NCBI GenBank assembly: GCA_010093605.1
Contig: MU004204.1
Span: 204,959 to 268,958 of the forward strand
Length of the DNA stretch: 64,000 nt
Direction: 5' to 3'
From: Lophium mytilinum
Taxonomy: Eukaryota
Part shown: positions 23,838 to 36,153 of the stretch, one piece after another
Numbering within the stretch: position 1 is the first letter of the stretch
Layout of the letters: each line of letters opens with the position of its first letter
Program-made: the position numbers and the translations under genes
Notes under the pieces: model-generated
Databases searched by the model: none
What the model was told of the DNA's origin: nothing
The model's input: the letters and a program-made list of their open reading frames with translations, nothing else

Positions 23838-26238
23838 ATGAGGTCACGAACAGGATGGTATGAATATTGGGTGCTACTCTCAGGTAAACCTTACTGATAG
23901 TTCCCAGCTTGACTTGCCGGCAGCGAAAGCTAAAGTGCGATGAGATGAAGCCAGGCTGTGGGCAATGCGTGAAAGCCTCCAGAGAATGCGTCCCCAGCTC
24001 AGGGCTCATTTTCCGCCATCAGCACAATGCCTCTATGAATGGCGACGCTGACAGCGACGACAACAGTCTCAAGGGATTCTACGCGTACAAGAACACGTTT
24101 GGTGACGAGAGCGTGTGGGTCGACATACCCAAGACTGGTACGTCATAGTGCCTCAATTGACTGAGTAGAGTGCTAACGATGCCCCAGTTACGTTCATCAA
24201 CACCACCAACCCTTACAATGATCCTCCAACTCCCGAACCAGATCGCTTTTCTACATCCTCACAATCTCCTCACTCTATCAACCCAAGCTACAACGAATCG
24301 TGGCCTACTCCGCGGAGCGTTTCCCATACGAACAACACGCCAGGCGCAAACGGGTTGCAGGCGTTGTCTGCGGCTGCGGCAGGAGAGCCGTTCTTGTTCC
24401 AATCCCCTGGAAACGAGAACGAGGAGCATGTGCATACGTCCCTAGAGCACGTCCCCTCCATGCTTTCCCCAACAACCTCTGTAGAGCCCTTATACGGTTC
24501 GCCAATCACTTTGTCTAATAACAATCTCGAGTTCATCCTAAATCACCCACATACATCGTCTCCTCCCATCGATCCCAATCTACCAACCTCATTTCCTCCG
24601 GAAGAGAACGTTTTCCGTGGCCGTACAGCTTCTGGAAACCTCGTTCCGCCCAATGTTCAGTTTGATAATCACGGGGAGGATGACCACGAGATTGCGTTTC
24701 TTCTTCGCCATTTCTCTGAAGGGCCAGGTTACTGGATGGATCTCTTTGATCTTGATACATACTTCGCTTCTTACGTCCCTGTCAAAGCAGTAGATAACCC
24801 TCTTCTGAAATATGCCGCCGTTGCGTACGCAGCAAAAGCGCTAGCACGGAGGGGTGGAACAAAACCCACAATGGGCGGCAACTTCTCACGTCAGGCACGC
24901 ATGGAGCTATACCCAGATATACAGTCCGTGGATTGGTACCATAAAGCTACCCATTACTACGACAGAGCCGTGTGCCATCTTCGCCAAGCTCTCCAAGACG
25001 AGTCACATACACCGCTTGACTGCTCGGATTTGGAACCGAGCTGGGCATCAAACATGGACTTCCATGAAGAGAACAACCCACACAGCCACAAGAGACGCCG
25101 GACCTCCTCATATACTAGTCGGCGAGTGTCCAACCCGGACGAACTTCTCGCCGCTACGGCCATTTTGTCCGTATATGAGTTCTTAGACGCGTCAGTCCCG
25201 GAATGGTCAAGGCACCTGAACGGCGCCAAGTCGCTGATGGACATTGCTAAAGAGCGTATGATGCCTCTTCAGCTTCCATCTCCAGGAACTCATCTACTCT
25301 CGCCACACGTAGCTCGTCTCAACAAAGCTCGGAAAGCTACGTTTTGGAACATTGCACGGCAAGATATGCTAGCAGCGTGTAAGTTAATCACCCCTTTCTT
25401 ATCGTTCGGATGCTGACTATCCACAGTCATCAACGCAAGTCACACCCGCCTTGACACCGAAGACCTATCCCTATGGAGAGAAGCCGGCCTCCTCATTGAC
25501 TCGCGCGGTTTCATTCTCCCCTCGAACACTGAGCCGTCCGGATACCCAGAGGCCGACTGTCCCATCATGAGAGAAGACGCCATTTCAAACGCACTCATCT
25601 GGCTCATCTCCAAACTCGTCAACTTCATGGCTGCCGGCGACGATATGCCGGACTACTTCGGCGGGCCTTGGGCTGGCGTTCCGCAACGCACGCTCCTCGA
25701 GTACTGGTATAGCCTCCGCGAGCACTTCCGCGTCTGGTACGAAGGCCTCCCGATAACATTCAAGCCATGTGCACGCATCGAGCCCCGGCGCGTACCCGCC
25801 CAGCTGCGGACTGACGACGATGAGAACGTGTTCCCGGAGGTCTGGTTCTCAATCCCCATGTGTGCGTCTACGATGCAGTCATACCATATGGCGCAGATCC
25901 AGCTGCTAATGAACCAGCCGCACGAGTCAACGCAAGGGCGCTCGACAGTCTTCGAGCGGATGCACTCGTACGAACGGACGCTCTCAGCAGCGCTGGTGCA
26001 TTCGAGGGAGATTGTGAGCATTGCGCTGGCGCGATCGGATGAGAGTGTGAGGATACATAGCGTGCAACCGCTATATACGGCGGGTCAGTGTTTGAAGGAT
26101 CAGCGGGAGAGGAGGCTGATTTTGAGGCTTTTGAGAGATATAGAGAGGGACACGGGGTGGGCGACGGAGTATCGCGTGAAGCAGCTGTTGGTGCAATGGG
26201 GCTGGGCCGTGGAGGAGTTTGAGAGAGATGTGCCATGA
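23838..26238 (+). CDS. Zn(II)2Cys6 transcription factor with fungal-specific TF C-terminal domain, 4 exons
   Basis: Spliced [78 protein letters not shown]. Confidence 0.9.
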
Positions 26239-26279
26239 TTCCTGATTCTCGCCCTTTGGAACTTCACTTTATACCCCCA

Positions 26280-26516
26280 GCGCTTGAGATGGCCCAGGGG
26301 CACTTTCATCGGCTTCTTCATTGTCAAAACGTACACCGAAATCCTCTACTATTAAACGCAGAACGGAGGGAGTGCATATATATATCATATAATCAAGGTC
26401 CAGTTTACGACTTGTGGCCTTTTACATATTCACCCTGTAAGCACTTATGATGGCCCAGCGGCGCTTTCATCGGTATATGCACTGTCAAAATGCACGCCTG
26501 TATCTTCTCATATTGA
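26280..26516 (-). repeat. 161-bp repeat array B (about 1.5 units), inverted copy of array A
   Basis: ggcccag at 26291 and 26452 (161 apart). The stretch aligns to the reverse complement of array A unit 4 (ggcccagggg..tgtcaaaacg.acacc..atcctcta.tatt..gcagaa..ataatc.aggtcca.tttacgacttgtg). Confidence 0.9.
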
Positions 26517-26737
26517 TCACATGAGTGAAACGGTGCCGAAAAACTAGTCACAGAATCCAGGTCAAGCTTGAGCTGAAGAGAATCTGGCGAACTGTTCTTT
26601 TTGAGAAACTGCCCGACGGTCGGCCTCTGAACTACATCCACTGCCATAGTTCAATTAACGTTTCAAGTCAAGTCATCCATGTCTGGAAAGAAAGCTAGCG
26701 ACGTAGATCATCTCAACTGATTATTGGATATGCAGTT

Positions 26738-27660
26738 TCACCACGGCTTTCAGAGACACAACTTCATAAACTCAGCTTCTTCGTAAGGCGCATCCTTAGC
26801 TTCAGGTCGCAAATTCGCTCTTAGGGCTATAGCTCGATCTTTGCAGATTTGACTCTCTGCTTCCATTCCCTTGTGGTTATACAGTATGGCGAGTTTGTAG
26901 TTAGCTCGGGCTAGCTGGCCTTCTCCCTCGTTCAAGGTCTGTGCAATCGCAATGAGTTGCACGAATATTTCGCTGTTAGGAGTTAGTGTTGAATCGATTT
27001 ACCGGGATTCGAATGCTTACACAGCTTATGCTCTATTCTTTTGCAGTTGCAGCAGCTGTGCCACTCCATACAAAGAGTCACATGTCGTTTAGTCGGTTCG
27101 CAAGCAGAGTTTGACGGAAAGTGAGTGCCTTGGATGCAAGGCGCATTGCTTCGTCAGGGCGACCTTGATCGAGGCGCATCCGGGAGAGGAGTACCATATT
27201 ACCAGAAAACCGGTGATTTCCTGTCTGCAGGAAAGTATCATCCGTGAAATCCTTCAGCGAAGGGCACATTGCGAGCATTTTTTCCGCCTCGTCCGGCTTT
27301 CCCATGCGGAGAAGGAGGTTGGACATGTTGCTCTATGAGTTCCCAATTCGGTCACTGTTCGTTTGAGGAAGGATGTCAATTGCTTTTTTATGTATGTCAT
27401 ATGCTTTTTCTAGCTCGCTCATTTCCGTATAAGCAAGCGCGATGTTGTCCAGGCTGGAGGCGATAAGCGGATCACCAGGGCCTACTAAATTTTCGCGGAT
27501 TCTGAGTGCAATGTTGAAAGGGATCAAAGCTTTCGCTGCGTTGTTCATGTCGAGATCGATAAGACCAGAAAGATCAGTGGCACTTGCAAATGCCAGAGTG
27601 TTCTTTTGATGGAATGTCTCAAGAGCCATGTGGACTAGATTCCGGGCAGATATACCTACT
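26738..27660 (-). pseudogene. Decayed TPR-repeat C-terminal region, of the type found in fungal NB-ARC/TPR NLRs
   Basis: IASSLDNIALAYTEM..LEKA, MSNLLLRMGKPDEAEKML, LASKALTFRQTLL, LARANYKLAILY. In-frame TAG at about 27333 and further stops; no NTPase domain upstream. Confidence 0.75.
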
Positions 27661-27758
27661 ATTGGATAGTAATTTGATCATAACGATTTTCAGAGTTAAG
27701 ATAAATTGCCCGCTGCATCGCAGAAGGAGCTCTCCGTGTAACCGAGGCAATGCCTCAA

Positions 27759-28755
27759 TCAGACTGCACCCTCCATCCAGCTCTGAATTACGCCTTCCAT
27801 GGTCGGCTTGTACTCTTTGAAAGTAATTTCGTCTCCCGCGAGGAAGGTGTTGGCCTGAACGAAGACCCATTTCGGACCGCTCTTCACTAGAACAATTTTC
27901 CGCCATTCAAGATATTGGCCATCCACTCTTGAGAGCTTCTCATAATAGGTGCGGCAAGCCTGAACGTCAGCTGTGCATAGGTACATATGCAATCTAAAGA
28001 GCATCCTTCCCAGCGCCGATTTCCCATAGGTGTTGATCTTAGAACGGTCGACGCGCACGATGAGCTCCTGCCCATGAGAGTTGTATTCGATCGTCATGAA
28101 GCCGTCACCATCTGTCAATAGATGCTTAAGCATAGCGAGATGAGCCTATACTGATATATTAATACCCTAATCAACATTTCCATAAGGCAATATGGAAGTG
28201 CTCACCCTGCTATGCGCTTGTCCCCATTTCTGTAGTCATGGAATGTTAGCACTTCCATATTAGACGATAATGATTATTCGATAAGCCTCACCCCATCATC
28301 TATGTTGAAGTTTTGCAGCCCTCGAAGACCATCAACACCTAGCTGAAGATATGTATTGAATGTGACTATATACATTAGTAAATTGCGCCTAGTATAAGTG
28401 TAGGAAAACCTACGATCTTCGGCAGTGATATCTGCGTCACTAATGAACCCAAGCAAAGCAAGTAACTCTTGATCATGTATCAAGTATGCCCCACAAGTTC
28501 GGCCCTACAATCGTCAATAGTAGTTGCCAAGTCTCCGAACTGACCTGTCCAGCTTTGCCCAGGATTGTACATACCAAGAAGTGATTGGCTTTCCAGAAAG
28601 TGAATCAACCGGGGGATTGTTGATATCGAAATTGAACCTGATTTCACTCTCTTAAATTAACATTTTACCAGTCCCACGACCAAAGAGCTCATGCAGGACT
28701 ACCAACCAGTAGTAGGCTGAGAACTTGTGTTTCCGGAATGTCTCCGCTTCAGCCG
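27759..28755 (-). pseudogene. 5'-truncated dipeptidyl-peptidase III (M49) pseudogene
   Basis: VVLHELFGRGTGK (HELxGH motif altered), in-frame TAA, FNFD..PPV..GKPITSWY, frameshifts, DDCRAELV, KWGQAHSRAH, FVQANT..EY.PT.EGVIQSW. Confidence 0.88.
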
Positions 28756-29279
28756 TAAGATTTTTCGAACTGCTTTTTAGCGGAACCCGAATGCCTCTAG
28801 ATTCGCCCGCTTTGCTACCTCATTCACCATTATGGGCTACGGCGCTTGATTCCTGTCCTTCAAATACAGGGCCCAGAAATGTGGTTCCTGTTCGTCTTCA
28901 GATCTTAACTCAAGGTCAGCTCGCCCTACCTCAGCTACAGAACGCCTGCTTGTGAATGCACGACGGTGAAAATGTAGAGCTTGACTATCATCCCCTGGCC
29001 TAGATAATCGACACAACTGTCAGAGTGACTACGAAGAGCGGGAAGGGTTGAGAGGTGACAGTGATTTCACGCTGCCGAAGGAAGCATTGACAGAGAAAGA
29101 GTTAATGTTTAAAGTTTACAATGCTGTATGGTATGCGCCATCTACTATACAAACTTGACTGAGGCAAGCTTGAGATAGTTTTCTTAATCCCATTCGAAGA
29201 GTGCTCTGACCTAGCCTAGCCACTTCGCGAGGCATGTTTGCCAGAGCCTCGTTCTGAACCCATCCGTTGATATCGAACC

Positions 29280-29713
29280 CTAATTCGCCTTTTTCGCTTT
29301 CAGAGCCTTCCGCCTGTTGCTTCGGATCATGACGACGGAGAGGAACGACCCAATGACGGTGCTGAAGAGGATGATGAGAATTACGGGAATTCGAATGGCC
29401 CAGACGCGTGGTGGGAAGAAAGCGTGAGAGAAGTGGGGTTGGTCGACGAATGGCTGAGTGATGGTGTTAGCTGAAGTTTCAAGGTAGGTGGCCTGCTTAA
29501 GAGAATTTTGGGGGGTTGGAGAATCTTGGAGGAATGTTTCGTGTATGTAATGAGAAACTTACCATAAACAGCGTCCAGATTGTGTAGTAGAGGAAGATGG
29601 TAGTTGCTGCGATGAGCATCGTGAGGCCTACGAGACGGTCCAGCTGGAAATATGTTGTTAGTTGTGGTTCTCTGCAATCCGTCTCGAGCAAGGTATGGAG
29701 TGAGACGCACCAT
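29280..29713 (-). CDS. DPM2: Dolichol-phosphate mannosyltransferase regulatory subunit, 3 exons
   Basis: Spliced MLDRLVGLTMLIAATTIFLYYTIWTLFMPFVD..FFPPRVWAIRIPVILII..GSFLSVVMIRSNRRKALKAKKAN; first exon is ATG only. Confidence 0.93.
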
Positions 29714-30051
29714 TTTGATATCGAATGCAAAAGAGTGAAAGTGAATGGCTCTGGATACGCGTTCAGAGTGGTCTGTAGAGCGTTTCTGGAGTGCTGTTCT
29801 GGCCTCTGGCGCGAAGTTGATTCAATGGGTCGAGACAGGGGTCAGCTGAGTGCAGGGGTGCGCCGCAGCTTTCGCTCCGACACGTTTCGCCGACGCCGAA
29901 GAAACTTCAAAGGTCCGCCTAAACCTCATCATCACAACACCATCACCTCTTCCTCACCACCCTCACCACCCTGCTTCGCGCAGCGCCCTGAGGTGCCTGC
30001 GACGTAGATACTCTTATCCAATCCACGTGTTGACGGTTCCCAGCTCCCAAG

Positions 30052-32643
30052 ATGGAGATTGCCTCCGCAGTCCGCGTGCCTTCACCAGAGCCAGCGCCTC
30101 TTCCCCGAAAGCGCGACCGCTCGCCCGCCGAAGCAGGACCCTCGAAACGACCGCGCCCGACATCCTCACGGAATGATGACGATGGAGCTGTACAGGCGCC
30201 AGAACGAGAGCGAGGCACGCGGCCCCCGCCGCCGCGCGAGGACGACGACGCCCGCTTCAGACAGCTGCAGGAAGCCATGACGTTCAGGCGCAAGCCCGCC
30301 ATCGACGACTCGAAGACTCGAGCTGGTGGTGCCTACATCCCGCCTGCCCGCCTGCGTGCGCTGCAAGCTGCCTTCACCGACAAATCAGGCCCGGAGTTCC
30401 AGCGCATGGCTTGGGAAGCCCTGAAGAAGTCAATCCAGGGCATGATCAACAAGTGCAATACTGCAAACATCAAGCAGATTGTGCCAGAGCTGTTTGCTGA
30501 GAACTTGGTTCGGGGTCGAGGCTTGTTCTGCAAGGCCATCATGAAGGCGCAGGCGGCTAGTTTGCCCTTCACCCCCATTTACGCCGCCATGGTAGCCATT
30601 GTCAATACGAAGCTGCCACAGGTTGGAGACCTGCTCTGCCGACGTCTGATCATTCAGTTCCGGAAGTCTTTTAGGAGAAACGACAAGGCGGTCGCGGTAG
30701 CCTCGTCGACTTTTATGGCGCATCTGGTCAATCAGCAAGTGCTCGACATTCTTGTGATTGCTCAGGTCCTACTGCTGTTGCTGAGCAAGCCTACGGATGA
30801 TAGTGTGGAAATTGCTGTTGGCATCACAAGAGAGGTTGGACACTTCTTGGAAGAGATGAATGGGAAAATTGCGAATACCATATTTGAGCAATTCCGTAAT
30901 ATCCTGCATGAAGCAGGTATCGAGAAGAGGACCCAGTATCAGATCGAGGTTCTGTTCCAGGTTAGAAAGGACAAATACAAGGATAACCCGTCTGTCAAAG
31001 AGGATCTTGACCTTGTAGAAGAGGAGGATCTGATTACGCATCGCCCGGGAAGTCTTGACGACATGGCTCTTACCACTGAGGATACCCTCAACATCTTCAA
31101 GTATGATCCAGACTACGTCGAGAACGAGGCGCAATATCGCAAATTAAGGGCTGAGATCCTCGGAGAAGCTGGTAGCGACGATGAGGACGGTTACACCGAC
31201 GCCACAGACTCAGAGGACGACGAAGGACAACAAGAAGACCGCGAAATCGAGATCAATGACCGCACGAATGCTGATTTGGTGAATCTTCGACGAACCATCT
31301 ACCTTACGATCAAGAGTAGCTCCGGATTTGAGGAGTGTTGTCACAAGCTCATGAGAGTCAAGCTCCCTCCTGGTCTAGAAAACGAGATGACCTCCATGAT
31401 CATCGAGTGTGCGAGTCAAGAGCGAACGTATGAGAAATTTTACGGTCACATTGGCGAGCGGTTTTGCAAGCTCAACCGCATGTGGACAGACCTTTTCGAG
31501 TCTGACTTTGCCAAGTATTACGACACGATCCATCGATTCGAAAACAATAGACTCCGGATCATCGCGCAGTTCTTTGCCCATCTGTTGGCCTCAGATGCTT
31601 TGGGCTGGCACGTTCTGTCTGTCGTTCATCTCAATGAAGAGGACACTACATCCAGCTCTCGTATCTTCATCAAGATTCTTTTCGAGGAACTCATCCAAGC
31701 TATGGGACAGAAGACCCTTGTCGCGAAGCTCCAAGAGGATTTCCTTCAGCCCAGCCTGGCAGGCATCTTCCCAACTGATAGTCCAACCAACGCTCGCTTT
31801 GCCATCAACTTCTTCACAGCCATCAACATGGGTGTGTTCACGGAAGGCATGCGTAACTATCTCAAAAACGATGCTCCAAAGCCTGCGCCGTTGCCAGCAG
31901 TGGAGGATTCAGACTCGGAGAGCGTGTCCTCCTACTCATCCTACTCTTCGCGTTCGCGTTCCCGTACGCGATCCCGTTCACCGCGCCGCCGTCTTGCGTC
32001 TCGCTCGCTTTCCTCACGATCACCGTCTCGCTCTGTCTCACCTCGACGCAACCGGCGGTATTCATCCTCCCCGTCCCGTTTTCCATCACCCCCGACTCGC
32101 CACCGTGGCCGCTCACTCACGATGTCGCGCTCTCCTACTCCCCCTCCGCGTCATCGTGGTCGTAGGCACACATCATCTCCTTCTCGCTCTCCGTCCCCGC
32201 CTCCCCGCCACCGAGACCGTTCACTGTCAGACTCGCTTCCGCCTCGTCGCCATGCGCGCTCAATCTCCGACTCTCCCCCACGCCATCGTAGAGCTCGTTC
32301 ACCCACCTCTCCGCACAGGCAGCGATCGCCTCCACGACGTCACTACTCATCCAGTCGCTCGCGGTCCCCACTTCCGGACAGACGCCGACGCGAGTCCGCG
32401 TATTCTCGGTCCAGGAGTCCGCCTAGGCGGAGGGCGGGCCAGTCGAGCCCGCCCAGGCGCCGAAGACCCGGGACGCCTTCACCTCAACGAGGCGGTAGGA
32501 GGGCTAGGCGAGACTCGACGCCCCCGCCGCCCAGAAACAGGAGGAATACGAGCTCTGTTTCTGCGGCTGCTCCGCCGCCAACGCGTAGGAGGAATTCGAG
32601 CTCGGTTAGGGGCTCGCCACCGCCGCCCAAGAGGGAGAACTAG
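30052..32643 (+). CDS. CWC22: Pre-mRNA splicing factor Cwc22 (MIF4G + MA3, RS-rich tail)
   Basis: GGAYIPPARL, QRMAWEALKKSI, ENLVRGRGLF, PTDDSVEIAVG, LRRTIYLTI, TTSSSRIFIKILF, RFAINFFT. Confidence 0.97.
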   Translation: MEIASAVRVPSPEPAPLPRKRDRSPAEAGPSKRPRPTSSRNDDDGAVQAPERERGTRPPPPREDDDARFRQLQEAMTFRRKPAIDDSKTRAGGAYIPPARLRALQAAFTDKSGPEFQRMAWEALKKSIQGMINKCNTANIKQIVPELFAENLVRGRGLFCKAIMKAQAASLPFTPIYAAMVAIVNTKLPQVGDLLCRRLIIQFRKSFRRNDKAVAVASSTFMAHLVNQQVLDILVIAQVLLLLLSKPTDDSVEIAVGITREVGHFLEEMNGKIANTIFEQFRNILHEAGIEKRTQYQIEVLFQVRKDKYKDNPSVKEDLDLVEEEDLITHRPGSLDDMALTTEDTLNIFKYDPDYVENEAQYRKLRAEILGEAGSDDEDGYTDATDSEDDEGQQEDREIEINDRTNADLVNLRRTIYLTIKSSSGFEECCHKLMRVKLPPGLENEMTSMIIECASQERTYEKFYGHIGERFCKLNRMWTDLFESDFAKYYDTIHRFENNRLRIIAQFFAHLLASDALGWHVLSVVHLNEEDTTSSSRIFIKILFEELIQAMGQKTLVAKLQEDFLQPSLAGIFPTDSPTNARFAINFFTAINMGVFTEGMRNYLKNDAPKPAPLPAVEDSDSESVSSYSSYSSRSRSRTRSRSPRRRLASRSLSSRSPSRSVSPRRNRRYSSSPSRFPSPPTRHRGRSLTMSRSPTPPPRHRGRRHTSSPSRSPSPPPRHRDRSLSDSLPPRRHARSISDSPPRHRRARSPTSPHRQRSPPRRHYSSSRSRSPLPDRRRRESAYSRSRSPPRRRAGQSSPPRRRRPGTPSPQRGGRRARRDSTPPPPRNRRNTSSVSAAAPPPTRRRNSSSVRGSPPPPKREN

Positions 32644-34133
32644 AAGCTCGAGTGAATGTTAATTGTACATTCACACAGAAGAGGGGCAGGCGCGTGCGTG
32701 GGAATGAAGCTGAGCTACAGAAGGCTGAGAATATGGAGGAATGCGAGTGAATCGGAGTATTGGCTGCTGCTTAAGGTTGGGGGATGTGGAGATTATGGAA
32801 CTGAAGAATGAAGATTGGCCACGAGTGTCGAAATGGGGAGGAGGTGGTTTCAACTAGGGTTTACGGAAACTCCAAAGTGCAAGTTCAATGGGAGGCGAGA
32901 AATAGTCGTCAGGAGGCGATGTCTGAGAGAAGGCTCCTAGTGTAAACATAAAATGAAGCTATAGCAGGAGTAATTAGTCCAGTGTGTATTGCCTGCTAAG
33001 ATCTAGACCTCGAGTGAGCCGTCTGAACGACGCTAACCAACAAACAGTAGGTTTTTATCACTGAGACGGAACTGTCTGAAAACGCTCCGTAAGTCTGTCT
33101 AGAGCTTGCGTAGTCTCGATTGTGTGGATCACGAAGGAGATGTTTAGTTGGGGTGGGCAGTTCATTGATGGAATTGAGGTTGCGGCATTGCTGAAACTTG
33201 CATGGCAGTGATGTAATGAACCAGAGTTGGCTATGGAAGGTTTCGTAGGGTGTGAATTAGGGTACTGTGAATTTTAAAGTAGCACTCAGAGTGACAGGAG
33301 CTTGCTCAGCAGTGAATTCGACATCCTCTGATCTAATGTCAGTCACGTGACATACCTTTCATTTTGCCCATCTCAAATCCAACAGCACTAGCGAACCGAA
33401 CGACGATTATTAGATACAAGTACGGGAACAAAGGCTGAAAGGGGATATGAAGTGGCTAACAACACAGTTTCTACATATCCGAGACCATTCCAAATCGCTA
33501 ATGCAATGACTAAACACTAGTTTGCTTGAGCCTCATGATATTTGGAAAGCTAAGAGTTGGGATATATGCAAGAAGAAAATAGGGATAGATGATTAGTGTA
33601 TGGATGGAGCGCTCTGTTGCTTTGCTTCCTGCTGTATACGCCCGCGCTAATGCTCGCTTTCTTCCCCATACAGAACTCAGGTGGCGCCCTGATGCTCGGT
33701 CCGCCTTGAGTCTCGTCTTGGTTGTGTGCCGCATTTGATAGTAGCGATGCATCCGAAGCGGGAGGGTTACCGCTACAAAAGCCGCGGAGAACCCAGTGCC
33801 GTGCCGTGCCAGTCGAAAAAGTATTATGTAGCACTTCGTAACGCTTATGGATACGCCCTTCTAAGCTTAGAAAGTGTGTGCCTGTGCGACGGAGTACGAG
33901 GTTGAAAAGCTTGGCCGGGCGATAGACCGGTGTGGGGAACGTGGCGATGTCTGGATTTCCAATGCTCTCTGATCTGGGATCCCCATGCTCGAAAAGAGGC
34001 AATGAAGCCTCACCCGCCCTGATGATCTATTAATGGCGCTTTCAGGGGCCGTGATGCGCTGCACATGTGGAGACAGAAATAACCTTATGATTCGTATCTG
34101 TGTAGTCCAGCGACGTCACCTCTCCAATCCCCC

Positions 34134-36153
34134 TCATCCACCCAGTCCTGTGTCGATGGCTTCTTTCATTTTGCCCCCGGCGGCAACGATCGTCTGCGCA
34201 GCCGTCTGTATGGAGACGCTCTCGTCCCGCATAGCCTGCAACGCGGTCTCGAGCGACTGAGTCCGGGCCCTCAGCCGTCCTATTTCGGCCCGTAAAACAG
34301 CTACAGTCTCGGCCGAAGAGACCGACGGCGGCATCTGGCCTAAAGAAGCCATTGGCACATCGGACGACGATGAAGGCTGGCTCTGCACAGCTTCACCGGG
34401 GCCCGGCCGCTCCGTCCCCACCACCATCGCCTCCTCAAGCATCTTGATCCGACCCTCCAGTTCCGCCTTTTCCGCCTCCCACCGCCTCCTATCCTCAGCG
34501 CCCTGGGCTTGCAGGCGGCTCGCCATCTCCATTATGCGCATGTACTGGGCACCGTTGGCGACGAGCTGGCGGCGCGCCTCGTCGCGGCTCTGCTGGAGCT
34601 CCTCAACCTGGGCTTCGAAGCCGGCGAGCTGGGACTGCATTTTCTCCTTTTCGTCTGTGAGCGAGTTGATCTCGACGTCGCTGACTTCGAACTTCTTTTC
34701 GAGCGTCGCGCATTTGGTGCGCTGCCGCTCGAGCTTTTGGAGGAGGCTGTCGTACTCGCGCTGAAGGGTTTGGAAGGCCAGGGTCTTGATACTGACCTGG
34801 TGTTGGAGGTCTTGTAGATGCGACGCTTGTGCGGCATTCTGGGCGTGGGAGTGAGGTGGCGAGATCGGCGGCAGAATCGAGGAGGTGGGGAAGTTCATTG
34901 AGGACGGTGATGGTAGCATGCCTGTCTGGATTGCTTGGGAGGACTGCAGTGGCGATTGAGGGGGTGCGAAAGCTGATCTGGAATATGAAGTCGCTGCTGC
35001 ATGCGGAGAATGGGTACTGGCAGAGTACTCGCTGCCATATAAGCTTCTTCGACTGTCCTCTGTCATATTGGTGGGCGGTGGAAGTCTTGGATAGTCAGAG
35101 GTAGATGTAGGAAGTGACCGCGATGCAGGAGCTTGATCGTCAACCTCGGGGTAGTGTAAAGTACGCTTCATGACGTCGTAAGGTGTTAAGCTTGACGTCG
35201 ACTCTCTTTGCAAGATTTCCTGATCGAGGTTCGGGTGGAATAATCTCTCGGCGTAGTCTCGCAGCTGGAGGCTGTTCCATTGCACGAGATCAAGTGCCCA
35301 GTGAAGTGACCGCTCCGTGCCTATTGTCTCAGATTCGGGTGGCTATAAATATTGGTCAGTGTTGACGCAGAGAAAGCCAATGAACACAAATACTTGATAG
35401 CACAGGGGTCTAACCTCTCTCGGCGCTCGCGAATGAGTTCGCAAGATGTATTGCACTTTCAAGTCCAGCTCAATCAGTTCAGAGGCGAGCTTCTGCACCA
35501 CTGAACGCACGTTTGTGCATGTCGGACCCTGGCAATTGGGTGAGCAGCAGGAACCTTGTTGGTGGCGATCCGGGCGAGATGCATCCAAAAGGCCCGAGAG
35601 GTTCAGGGCGAGCGATTGCGAATCTTCACCAAGATTGAGCCCTGTCGGTGGTTCTGCAGTCGATCGTTAGCACGGGTTGGTTAGTCAAGAAGTTGTCAAC
35701 GTCTCATAAAAAACAAGACTACAACGTTACCACAGCAACAACTTGTCCACGAAGTGTCTCGTATCGTGCTTAGAAACCAAGAAAGCACACTGACGCACCT
35801 CTAGAGTATCCAGTCCTTGGACGTTTAGGCTGGGAAACATCAAACAACGACTGCGTCCGGAGTTTGGGGCGTTCGGAGCTGTCTGTGGAATCGCGGATAC
35901 CAGAGCCAAAGGGAGGGCTGGCACTGTGGAGAAGCTGCGAGGGAACATGCTCGGCTGATACGCCACTTGACGGGGGGTATATTGGAGGAAGTCTGCGGTG
36001 GTCTTGGTCCCAGCCGTCACGAGCCTGCCAGCCGGAAAGATGCGGCATGGGTTGTTTAGATCGGTCGTTAGCAGCGGAGGCTCGACGGCTGTAGTCCTGA
36101 ATGGCCGCATTGTCTTCTTCCCATGGTCTTTTCCTTGGAGGCCCGGAGTCCAT
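34134..36153 (-). CDS. Conserved-looking fungal coiled-coil protein of unknown function, 3 exons
   Basis: ORFs 35770-36153, 35343-35655 and 34134-35340 join at canonical splice sites. N-terminal RKRPWEE; long heptad region LQDLQHQVSIKTLAFQTLQREYDSLLQKL. Confidence 0.75.
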
